DNA from: a virus
Virus record (IMG/VR): IMGVR_UViG_3300045988_134731
Coordinates: 74,545-138,544 of that record
Reading direction: 5' to 3' (one strand)
Length of the DNA: 64,000 bases
Under the pieces are notes generated by a model that was not told the DNA's origin, made no database searches, and worked only from the letters and a program-made list of their open reading frames with translations. The stretch's first letter is position 1. Every line of letters starts with the position of its first letter. The position numbers were made by a program, and so were the translations under genes. Below are positions 27,331 through 35,648 of this stretch, piece by piece.

Positions 27331-27606
27331 CTACCATTTTGTATAATATTCGTCATCATCGTATTTATTTAAGTATGAAGTCTTTGAAGTCATTTTAAAA
27401 TCATATTCATTATCAACGTCACTTACTTCTACTATGTATTTTTTTCTATTTAGAGATACTTGTATATCTGTAGCTCCAAAAGGAATATCATCTAATACTT
27501 TTTTAATGTTGTTATAATTTAGTTTTTCTATTGATTTATCCCAACAACCTATTATAAAACCTTCCTTATTTAATTTCTCTTCAATTCTTTGTTTATTTGT
27601 TTTCAT
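27331..27606 (-). CDS. hypothetical small protein
   Basis: 91-aa ORF with an RBS. Confidence 0.55.
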   Translation of the reverse strand: MKTNKQRIEEKLNKEGFIIGCWDKSIEKLNYNNIKKVLDDIPFGATDIQVSLNRKKYIVEVSDVDNEYDFKMTSKTSYLNKYDDDEYYTKW

Positions 27607-27760
27607 ATTATCATTTCTCCTTTTTATTTATTATTATACTTTATATTATATCACACATCATTTTATTTTGTCAAGAGCTTTTTAAAAAATTTATTAATTA
27701 TTTTTACTGTTATTTTTGATAGCTCGAGCTAGAGGGATTTAACCCTCATAATATCATACA

Positions 27761-28273
27761 CTAACATAAGTTTGTTTCCCAAAATTGAGATTCTTCTTCA
27801 GCTTCTTTTACACTGATATCATTCATTATTGACCATATTTCAAACTTATGTCTTTTTATAAATGATACCGCGAATTTATCTGCATCTTTTTCTAATGTTA
27901 ATTCTCTATAAGTTTTGTAAGCTTCTTCATAAGTTTTATATATTGTATTTTCATATAAAAAGTATTCATTATCATATTTTTCATTATTCATTAATCCTTG
28001 TCTTGCGTGTCCTACTTCATGTAAAAATGAAAATGTTTCCAAAAAGTCATAAAACATATAAACATTAGAGTCTAAATTATATTCTTTTTTTAAGTATTCA
28101 ATCATAAATTTATACCATTTAGAATTTATGTTAAAATTACAATTCTGAATTGTTATCACATCATTTGTACTATATGAAAATTTATCATCTTTTATTAATT
28201 TTATATTATCTAGATTTATACCTTCTGATTTAACTAATTCCAATATTTTATTTGCTTTTTCTAACGTTAACAT
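27761..28273 (-). CDS. hypothetical protein with an HExxH motif (possible small metallopeptidase)
   Basis: 170-aa ORF with FSFLHEVGHARQG. Its own promoter is TTGATA-N17-TATACT upstream. Confidence 0.4.
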   Translation of the reverse strand: MLTLEKANKILELVKSEGINLDNIKLIKDDKFSYSTNDVITIQNCNFNINSKWYKFMIEYLKKEYNLDSNVYMFYDFLETFSFLHEVGHARQGLMNNEKYDNEYFLYENTIYKTYEEAYKTYRELTLEKDADKFAVSFIKRHKFEIWSIMNDISVKEAEEESQFWETNLC

Positions 28274-28366
28274 ATTATCATCTCCTAATTAATTATCATA
28301 CTTAAAGTATATTACTTTCAATTTTATTTATCAAGAAAAACTTTTTTTAAATTTTATTAATTATTT

Positions 28367-28465
28367 TTGAGCTATACTACTTATAAAAATATAAGCAGTA
28401 TTATTAATTATTTATACTATCATTTAAGATAGCTTTGAGCTATATTGCCTATATATAGGCAATAT
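28367..28465 (-). repeat. two tandem hairpin-AGCTCAA modules with no ORF between them
   Basis: The hairpins are ATACTACTTATA/TATAAGCAGTAT (28374-28401) and the perfect palindrome ATATTGCCTATA/TATAGGCAATAT (28442-28465). Each abuts TTGAGCTA and is flanked by box copies. Confidence 0.6.
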
Positions 28466-28477
28466 TATTAATTATTT

Positions 28478-28807
28478 TTAATATCTTTCAATAGATATTT
28501 TTCTTATAACTTTAGTTTCTTTATTAGGACTAACACTTACTAATCTAGTAGGTATATATCCGGCTATTGTATAACTTTTATATACTCTTTCAGTCCCTCC
28601 TAATATTTCAATAAAGAAATTAGTACTAGAGAATATTTTTTCATATTCTTCTGTTGTTATTTCTTCAGTTGTTATTTCTTCAGTTGTTATTTCTGAATAT
28701 TTTTTAGGGAAATTTTTTCTTCCTTCTTTTTTGTAAGTTTCTTTTGTTAATGTTATTTTATATCCTTCTAGACCTCTTATTATTGTTCCTAATTCTTTTT
28801 TATTCAT
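28478..28807 (-). CDS. hypothetical protein with an (EEITT)x3 tandem repeat
   Basis: The start is set at MNKKELG after a GGAG RBS. A 15-nt repeat spans 28651-28695. Confidence 0.55.
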   Translation of the reverse strand: MNKKELGTIIRGLEGYKITLTKETYKKEGRKNFPKKYSEITTEEITTEEITTEEYEKIFSSTNFFIEILGGTERVYKSYTIAGYIPTRLVSVSPNKETKVIRKISIERY

Positions 28808-28974
28808 ATTTACCACTCCTTTTTATTAATTATTTTTATATATTTATTATATATGATTTAAACTAAGAATTCAAGAGCTTTTTAAAAAAATTATTAATTA
28901 TTTTTACTATCATTTAAAATAGTGTTGAGCTAGTAGGAGGTTGCCCTCCCAATGTTATACTATCATTCTTAATA

Positions 28975-29139
28975 CTATAAATAGTATATTGTATTAAGCA
29001 AATCAATAATATCAACCACATTAATGTTGAATGCATAACCTATACAGTCAACTACATACATCAATGCTATGGATATTTGATTTTTAAATATAATAATTCC
29101 TAATACTAACACTAATACAAATAACATTTTATTTTTCAT
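28975..29139 (-). CDS. small hydrophobic (membrane) protein
   Basis: The start is set at MKNKMLFVLVLVLGIIIF after a GAAGGAG RBS. One or two transmembrane segments are likely. Confidence 0.45.
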   Translation of the reverse strand: MKNKMLFVLVLVLGIIIFKNQISIALMYVVDCIGYAFNINVVDIIDLLNTIYYL

Positions 29140-29216
29140 AATATTATCATTCTCCTTCATTATTAATATAATTTGCTATCATTTAAGACAGTCTTGAGCT
29201 AGAGGAATTTATTCCT

Positions 29217-29363
29217 CTATTTAATAATTATTTTTCCTTTGCCTTCATATATTTTGTTATATAACATTTTAGTTCTTATTGCAAGACCTTTTGACTTTAC
29301 TTTTGCTAAAAATTCTTCGCTTTCTTCTGTTACTAAATATAAGCTATAATATACTTTCTTCAT
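29217..29363 (-). CDS. hypothetical small protein (48 aa, below the ORF-track cutoff)
   Basis: The protein is MKKVYYSLYLVTEESEEFLAKVKSKGLAIRTKMLYNKIYEGKGKIIIK, with a GGAGTG RBS. Confidence 0.4.
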   Translation of the reverse strand: MKKVYYSLYLVTEESEEFLAKVKSKGLAIRTKMLYNKIYEGKGKIIIK

Positions 29364-29491
29364 AACTCATCACTCCTTAAATTTATTAATTATTTTTACT
29401 ATCATGATTATAATATCATATTCTACTATCTTTTGTCAACAACTTTATTAATATTTTTTATAATCATTTTGATAGCATTGAGCTGGAAGGA

Positions 29492-29935
29492 CTAGAACAC
29501 AATTTCTAAGTCCTTGTTATATCTTTTCATATTTAAACTTGCATGAGTGTCGTCAACGCTATTATAGTACACTGTAATAACTTGACTTGTTTTTGGTTCA
29601 ACAACGACCTTCATAACACAGTCTGTTATTTTTCCGTCGGTATCTACTGGGAATGTACTCCAACTTTCTATTAATACTCTTCCATTATTTCTTGTTCTGT
29701 TATATTCTATTATATCAAATTCACCATGTTTTAGCATGTCGCATATTGTTTTCATGCTATAGTTGACAGTTGATTTTTTTCTTAAATGATAACTAGCGTA
29801 TATACGTTGATGTAGCATGTTGTTTATTGCGATTATACATCTTTGATAATCGTCGCCTTTGAACTGTTTTACATATTTCTTTTCTTGTCCTTCTGTTCTT
29901 CTTATTGTTCCTTTTTTTATTTCTCCCTTTAACAT
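29492..29935 (-). CDS. hypothetical protein with a DUF4258-like (toxin-fold-like) C-terminal pattern (tentative)
   Basis: MKTICDMLKHGEFDIIEYNR...GRVLIES......VMKVVVEPKTSQVITVYY resembles the DUF4258 signature (..i..vl..g.ii.ey......hvvv.....v.viTvY). Confidence 0.35.
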   Translation of the reverse strand: MLKGEIKKGTIRRTEGQEKKYVKQFKGDDYQRCIIAINNMLHQRIYASYHLRKKSTVNYSMKTICDMLKHGEFDIIEYNRTRNNGRVLIESWSTFPVDTDGKITDCVMKVVVEPKTSQVITVYYNSVDDTHASLNMKRYNKDLEIVF

Positions 29936-29996
29936 TTTTCATTTTCCCCTTTATTTATTAATTATTTTTAAAACTTGAGCTTTAGGGAATAGATTA

Positions 29997-30350
29997 TTAT
30001 TCCCAATAATATTCTATGTCAAAACCAAGGTTGTCAAGTTCTCTTTGTTGTTCTAATGTTATCTTCTGTTTTTTATCTAACATTATAGTTTCACACTCTG
30101 GAACTATTCTAATAAGTTGGTAATTTCTTTGTAATTTTCCAAAAGCGTCATTATCGTATGCACTTATTTTTGTAGCTCCAAAAATTATTCTATGGTCGAC
30201 TGCTCTGTAACTACCATCAGATTCGGCATTCAAGTATCTACCGTCAGATAACATATAGAAACTTGAATTTCCTAAATAACAATCTGATACAGTGTTTTTA
30301 AGTTCGCAAAGATTTTCGTATCTTTTAACTAAATTTTTTGGATTTCTCAT
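29997..30350 (-). CDS. hypothetical protein
   Basis: The start is set at MRNPKN after the AAAGGAGTGG RBS. Confidence 0.55.
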   Translation of the reverse strand: MRNPKNLVKRYENLCELKNTVSDCYLGNSSFYMLSDGRYLNAESDGSYRAVDHRIIFGATKISAYDNDAFGKLQRNYQLIRIVPECETIMLDKKQKITLEQQRELDNLGFDIEYYWE

Positions 30351-30433
30351 ATTTACCACTCCTTTTAATTGTTTAATATTTTGTTACTGGAAAAGGGCTT
30401 TTAAGAGGTTAACCCTTTAGAACTCTTTAATAT

Positions 30434-30853
30434 TTACAGCATATATCCTAATTGATGTTTACATTCTTCCAAGTATGCAAGTTTTATTTGACTTGCTATT
30501 CTTTTACTTTGTGTTAGTTGTTTCTTTGTAAGTTTTTTTCCGTCTCTTACTGTTTTGGCGAATCCTTGTATATATGCAAATCCTTGTATATGTTTTCCGA
30601 CTTTTTCTGGAATTATTAACTTTAATGTTTCTATTAACTCTTCTTCTGTATCGAAATATTCTGTATAAGGGACTTTGGAATTTAATACTTTCTTTCTATC
30701 GACTTCTGTAATTTTGTTTTCTATTTCTTCAATATTTGTCAAGTATTTAACCACTGGTTCTGTTACTGGTTCTGTAGGTGCTACCATGTCGAAATCTAAG
30801 TTTAATATTTCTTCCAAGCTCATATTTGAAAAATCTAATTTTTTATCCTTCAT
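30434..30853 (-). CDS. hypothetical protein
   Basis: 139-aa ORF with a TTAGGAGGAG RBS. It is the first gene of the leftward arm. Confidence 0.6.
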   Translation of the reverse strand: MKDKKLDFSNMSLEEILNLDFDMVAPTEPVTEPVVKYLTNIEEIENKITEVDRKKVLNSKVPYTEYFDTEEELIETLKLIIPEKVGKHIQGFAYIQGFAKTVRDGKKLTKKQLTQSKRIASQIKLAYLEECKHQLGYML

Positions 30854-30879
30854 TTTTACTCCTCCTAATTTATTAATTA

Positions 30880-31140
30880 TTTTTAGCTAATGAGTAGCTA
30901 ATCCCGTAAATTATATTTTTATTACTTAATGAACGATTGGGCGTTCTCCCTTGTCTAATACTTATATTATAATGATAGTACGAATTATGCTTATTTGTCA
31001 AATACTTTTTTTAAAATTTTATTAATTATTTTTGTTGCTTGATGGTTAATTGGGTAACCTCCCTTGTCTAATACTTATACTTTTTATTATTTTGTTTTAT
31101 CTTAATTATATGATAGTACGACTAGTATACTTTTGTCAAA
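30880..31140 (-). repeat. tandem duplicated promoter-leader unit (2 copies), the upstream copy without an ORF
   Basis: TTGACA lies at 30996-31001 and 31134-31139, each followed after 18 nt by GTACTATCAT. The conserved box TAAGTATTAGACAAGGGAG..CCCAAT is the reverse complement of 30946-30964 and 31062-31080. Confidence 0.55.
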
Positions 31141-31337
31141 CATTTTTTTTATTTTTTTAAATTTATTTTTCCCTAAAAAAGTATATAGATAGAAGTTGAT
31201 AAGTAAAAACGCTACAAGTTAGTGATATCAACTGTTTAAGCTATATTTTAGATATCTACAATAAAAATAAAAGTTTATATATAAATAAATTTTTATAGCT
31301 AAATACTTTAATTTTTTAAGTAAAAGATAGACTCCAC

Positions 31338-31581
31338 GGTCAAATAGTAAAGTGTTCGACAAGTTTTACTTTAAAAATTGATAGTAAAAAATATGGTCAC
31401 TTTATTTATTTAAGTTTAACCCTTAATAAATTAATTCTTTATATATAAATAAAGTAAAGCATAATTGAATACTTATACATAAAAATAAATTTATATAGAT
31501 AAGTTATTGGTCGAATAGTTGAATAAAATAAAGTATATTATGTCGAATACTTTACTTATTGATAGTAGAAAATAGGGTCAC
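31338..31581. repeat. two roughly 65-73-bp direct repeats with 171-bp period (GGTCRAATAGT...TTGATAGTARAAAATAKGGTCAC)
   Basis: The copies lie at 31338-31400 and 31509-31581. The flanking TTATATATAAATAAA is also duplicated (about 31274 and about 31440). Confidence 0.7.
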
Positions 31582-32009
31582 AAATTTTATTAAAGTGGAT
31601 AGTACAATTTACTTTATTTTAGTAAAGCTATAAAAAAGTATTTTATCGTACAAAATTATTTTTATGAAGCGTTCCATTTTAAAATTGATTTTAAAGTTTA
31701 ATAAATAAAGTTGGTATTAATTATTAAGTTTAACTTAATTAAATAAAGCAGAATGATAATATCTCCTTTAAAATATTAAGGTAAATCAAGGATTAGCTTT
31801 ATTTAATTAGGGAAAATATAAAGATTGTTTTATATTATAAAGTTATTATAAAATACTGTAATCGTTGATATTACTAGCTTTAGAGTAATTTGACAAATAT
31901 ATACATGCTTTATATAGTAAAGAGAACAAAAGAGAATAGCTTAATTAGTTAATATAAATTAACATTATGCTTTATTATCTTAATTATCATAGGTATATTT
32001 ATTAACTAT

Positions 32010-32079
32010 CTAGTATTATCAACGGTTGTAAGCTTTAGGAAAATGCAAAGGAAAACAGTGAAACCGTTGATAATACTAG
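32010..32079. repeat. perfect 18-bp inverted repeat CTAGTATTATCAACGGTT / AACCGTTGATAATACTAG
   Basis: The arms are 32010-32027 and 32062-32079. Related CGTTGATATTACTAG copies lie at 31863-31877 and 32400-32414. Confidence 0.85.
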
Positions 32080-32352
32080 GATTGAATACCATACATAGGT
32101 ATACACAAATAGAAGAAAACAGAAGAATGTAGCAATTGCAACTGTTTCACGCTTTACAATATACCCACTATAGGTATAGGATGCAGTTATTGCAACGGTT
32201 GTATAGTATTGGGTAATATAGGTAAACTGTGAAACAATTATAGGTAAACACTTTAGGAAAATAAAGGAAAATAGATAAATCACTTTAGATTATTAGGAGA
32301 AATTGAATAAATGGTAAAAAATGTAAAATGGAAAAATTAGAAAAATTTTACT

Positions 32353-32361
32353 TGTGGATAA
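32353..32361. promoter_or_regulatory. perfect DnaA box (TGTGGATAA, the complement of TTATCCACA)
   Basis: It is embedded in the 14-mer ACTTGTGGATAACT, which recurs exactly at about 32513-32526 and about 32535-32548. Confidence 0.7.
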
Positions 32362-32515
32362 CTTAGATTAAGAAAAAAAGTGTATAAGTGTATGAAAGCG
32401 TTGATATTACTAGATTATATAGACTTATAGGTTGTTAGCTTGAGATGTAGCTGGAAATGTAATTGTAAGTATTAGTAAGACTTGCTTTCATATATATTTA
32501 TACATATTAACAACT

Positions 32516-32578
32516 TGTGGATAACTAGCAAAATACTTGTGGATAACTAGGGAATATAGTGTTGATAAGCACGTCACC
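32516..32578. promoter_or_regulatory. DnaA-box cluster (two perfect, one with a single mismatch)
   Basis: TGTGGATAA lies at 32516-32524 and 32538-32546, and TGTTGATAA at 32570-32578. All are in the same orientation, next to an AT-rich stretch at 32490-32512. Confidence 0.7.
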
Positions 32579-33130
32579 TGGACAAGTCAACCACTTTAAA
32601 AAATTAAGAATGTACGATTAATTAATACTTAATCACACTTTTTGGAGAAGGAATTTTTTTTCAATAGGCAAGAAATGTTGATATTCCAACATCTAGGGGG
32701 TGGTATCATATTCGGAGGGGCTTGACAAAAATTTTATTCTGTGTAGTAGTTTACCAACTACATGCCATAAAAAATACCGAATTACATTTTTAACCATTTC
32801 TATAAACTCCTATCTTCATAACATTAACATATTTACAAATTAAGAATACTAGGAAATTAATGCGTATTTATTATACTTTATTTTTATCTAATTTAAAGTA
32901 TTAAAATTAGATATTACCGTATTGTACTTATTCTCGGGAAATGATATTATAAATATGTTATTTTACGTTTATAAATTAATACTTGATTTAATGGGAATTT
33001 AATAGTATATTTAATATATTGGAAATAAATGGGAAAATATGGGTTTAATCAGATATAATACACCGCCACTACGTATTAATTTATCTATATAAACCCATTA
33101 GTTTTACCGTATCAAACCATTGAAATACCA

Positions 33131-33172
33131 AATAAAAAGGTGTGTAGTACAAGCAATAGTCGTACCACACAC
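33131..33172 (-). terminator. rho-independent terminator (possibly bidirectional)
   Basis: Stem GGTGTGTAGTAC/GTACCACACAC (33139-33150 / 33162-33172). CTTTTTATT follows on the minus strand and TCAATTTT on the plus strand. Confidence 0.6.
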
Positions 33173-33183
33173 TCAATTTTACA

Positions 33184-33777
33184 TTATAATATACACTTGT
33201 CTAAACACTCTAAGTTACAATTTACACACATAGTTTTAAGAATTTTATTCCTAATCTTGCCCTGTAAGTCGCTTATAATAAGTAGAGAAGGAAGAGTCTG
33301 CATACCTTGTTCAATCACATATTCTTTAATAGGATTAATATCTGTGTATTTATCTATACAATCTGATAATCTACCATGCAATTGAACTTCTATTAATAAA
33401 CCTTTCCTTATTATAGTATTGTCTTTTTTGTATCTAATTATAATATAACCATCTGCTATAACATTACCCAATTGAACATTTCTATCTACGTATATTATTT
33501 CCACGCCTAGTAATAATAAATTATATACTAATTCAGTTATATACATATCATGCCTAAGTAATCTTTCATTAGGTTTATTTTCAATATAATAAATATATTC
33601 TCTATTATATATTCCACTTCTAAAGCGTTTTAATTGCTTATATTCTACTAATTTATTAGCTCTTCTATCCCAAGTGGTATTAGTTAATCCTGCAAAGAAT
33701 AAATTTCTTATATGTTCTGTTCTACACATAGTAACTAGATTAATAAAGTTTAATACTTGGATATCTCTTTCAGTCAT
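33184..33777 (-). CDS. replication-relaxation family protein (Replic_Relax-like)
   Basis: The N-terminal wHTH pattern MTERDIQVLNFINLVTMCRTEHIRNLFF....RRANKLVEYKQLKRF is typical of the family. Confidence 0.55.
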   Translation of the reverse strand: MTERDIQVLNFINLVTMCRTEHIRNLFFAGLTNTTWDRRANKLVEYKQLKRFRSGIYNREYIYYIENKPNERLLRHDMYITELVYNLLLLGVEIIYVDRNVQLGNVIADGYIIIRYKKDNTIIRKGLLIEVQLHGRLSDCIDKYTDINPIKEYVIEQGMQTLPSLLIISDLQGKIRNKILKTMCVNCNLECLDKCIL

Positions 33778-33895
33778 ATTATCACCTCAATATAATATAT
33801 GTATATATTTAAATAATGTTACTAAAATATTTTTTTAATATTTAGGAAACATTTACTACACACTTGCATATAGTTAAGTAAAAGGAGATGATAAT

Positions 33896-35026
33896 ATGAG
33901 TAATGTGATAGAACCTTTAACAAATACTATTTGGGATACAATAACATTATTATGTAAATCAGCTTTAGATGTATTTAATATTAAACATATTGATTTTACT
34001 GATTTCTTTAATAATATCAATATGAAGAATGCTTCTGGAGATATACCTAAGTTAAGAAATAAATGGGAAGACGAAAACTATAAAATATATGAGTTTATAA
34101 TACCTACAGGAATGACTATAGATGATTTTAATAATAATAAGAATAAGTTTTGTCATTTATTAAATAAAGAAAAAGAAGATGTTAGTTTTAAAAAGAATGG
34201 ATATTATATTCAATTAAGAATTAAAAAAGAAGAGATAGTATGTGCTGACTTTGATTTAGAAAAACATAAAGCTAAAGGATACAAAATCCCTATAGGAATC
34301 AATTTAGAAGATTGTAGCATTAGATATATTGACTTTAGCGAACCTTCTAATGCACATATGTATTTAGCAGGAGCTACTAGATGTGGTAAATCTAATTGTT
34401 TAAGAGTTATTATATCTCAATTAGTAATGAAAAGAAAATGTGACGTTGTGTTAGATTTAATCAATGAAAAGAGAGTAGATTTATTTGAATTTAGAAACTG
34501 TAAAAATGTAATTCATTATACGGAAAATAGAGATGAAGCTGAAGATATATTATTTGATGCTATACAAGATATAGATAAAAGATATGAACTGTTTACTTAT
34601 AGAAATTGCACTGATATATGGCAATATAGGAAGTTTAAAAAAATGCCTATTAGATTTATAGTGATAGAAGAGTTATCTTCTTATATGAAGAATAAGGATT
34701 TTCATAATATGTTAGCTTTAATAGCTAGTAGAGGTGCAGGAGCAGGGGTGTTTCTAATACTAACTACCCAATTACCTTCTAAAGATATATTACCTAATAT
34801 AACTAAACAGAATATAAATATCGTTATAGGTGGTAAATGTAAAGATGAAATTAGGTCTAATATGATAATTAACTATGGATATTTACATTTATTAAGAGGA
34901 GCTGGAAATATGAGAGTGTTTGATTGTGAAGAATATGGGACAGAAATACAGACATTTTATATTGATAGAGAAACTGTATTAAAAATAAGTGAAAAATATA
35001 GTAAAAAGAAAGAGGAGGTAAAATAA
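33896..35026 (+). CDS. FtsK/SpoIIIE-family DNA-translocase-like ATPase
   Basis: Walker A GATRCGKS and Walker B RFIVIEELSSY, followed by LTTQLPSKD. AAAGGAG RBS. Confidence 0.7.
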   Translation: MSNVIEPLTNTIWDTITLLCKSALDVFNIKHIDFTDFFNNINMKNASGDIPKLRNKWEDENYKIYEFIIPTGMTIDDFNNNKNKFCHLLNKEKEDVSFKKNGYYIQLRIKKEEIVCADFDLEKHKAKGYKIPIGINLEDCSIRYIDFSEPSNAHMYLAGATRCGKSNCLRVIISQLVMKRKCDVVLDLINEKRVDLFEFRNCKNVIHYTENRDEAEDILFDAIQDIDKRYELFTYRNCTDIWQYRKFKKMPIRFIVIEELSSYMKNKDFHNMLALIASRGAGAGVFLILTTQLPSKDILPNITKQNINIVIGGKCKDEIRSNMIINYGYLHLLRGAGNMRVFDCEEYGTEIQTFYIDRETVLKISEKYSKKKEEVK

Positions 35027-35208
35027 TGAAGTATACATTATATGAATCTATAGAAGATAGAGATGATTTATATGAAAATATTTATGTGAATAAAATTGAA
35101 ACAAAAAATAAAAAAGAAATAGAAGAAGAAATAAATAAATTAAAAGAAAAATGTAGTAAAAATCCTTCATATGAATATGGATATAGAATAATTAAAAAAT
35201 TATTTTAG
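35026..35208 (+). CDS. hypothetical small protein
   Basis: 60-aa ORF whose start overlaps the upstream stop (TAATG). Confidence 0.45.
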   Translation: MKYTLYESIEDRDDLYENIYVNKIETKNKKEIEEEINKLKEKCSKNPSYEYGYRIIKKLF

Positions 35209-35220
35209 GAGGTTAATGGT

Positions 35221-35415
35221 ATGAGAGAGCTTTGGGAAGTAGAATGGAAGATGGAATCAAGAGATAGAATGGAAATAATTGGTGGATTAATTAAAGAAGA
35301 TACGTTAGAGGAGTTAGAAACATCAATGGAAATTTATAAAGATAGGTCAATACTTGAGAAAATTTTAATAAAACCTCCTAAATTTGGTGAAATTATTAAG
35401 AAAAAATACGAATAA
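35221..35415 (+). CDS. hypothetical small protein
   Basis: 64-aa ORF with a TAGGAGG RBS. Confidence 0.45.
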   Translation: MRELWEVEWKMESRDRMEIIGGLIKEDTLEELETSMEIYKDRSILEKILIKPPKFGEIIKKKYE

Positions 35416-35499
35416 AATGCTAAATTTTTAGCAAAAAAATGAGTAAAAATGCATAAAAAACATTAAAAAATTAAGAAAAATTGCTTATTTTTATAAAAA

Positions 35500-35606
35500 A
35501 CAAAAGAAAAAGCCCTAAAAAGGGCTGATTATTACATTTTGGAAATAAAATATAATAATTTAATTAAAGTTATATGCGATATTTGCAATTCTTATGAGAA
35601 TGTACT
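35500..35606 (-). ncRNA. candidate small RNA (promoter plus terminator, no ORF)
   Basis: TTGACA (35635-35640), a 17-nt spacer and TATCAT (35612-35617) lie on the minus strand. About 90 nt downstream is the hairpin AGCCCT/AGGGCT (35511-35526), followed by TTTTCTTTT. Confidence 0.35.
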
Positions 35607-35648
35607 ATATCATGATAACATGGAAAATATATTTTGTCAATAGATTAA

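Noticed and set aside
29890-29945. An overlapping Lys/Arg-rich 49-codon alternative frame starting at an ATG 7 nt upstream of the 29492-29935 start.
   Set aside because: Its composition is what an A-rich region gives in another frame. The RBS spacing (3 nt) is too short, while the annotated ATG has about 10-nt spacing.
993-30890. Many plus-strand ORFs of 60-110 aa inside the leftward arm. Examples: 993-1232, 1528-1710, 3109-3372, 5009-5329, 6873-7079, 7546-7827, 8906-9142, 9248-9553, 11452-11652, 14742-15062, 16136-16462, 16932-17126, 18607-18855, 20946-21278, 22219-22473, 24911-25234, 25446-25634, 26627-26812, 27862-28068, 30675-30890.
   Set aside because: They are antisense shadows of better minus-strand genes. 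Their translations are Phe/Leu/Ile/Ser-rich and low in complexity, as expected from the reverse strand of AT-rich coding DNA. They have no GGAGG RBS and no box or promoter in their orientation.
32035-32283. An 82-aa minus-strand ORF inside the origin-like region, and the plus-strand ORF 33140-33385.
   Set aside because: Neither has an RBS, both are hydrophobic and low in complexity, and both overlap repeat or terminator elements or the opposite-strand Replic_Relax gene. They are most likely spurious.
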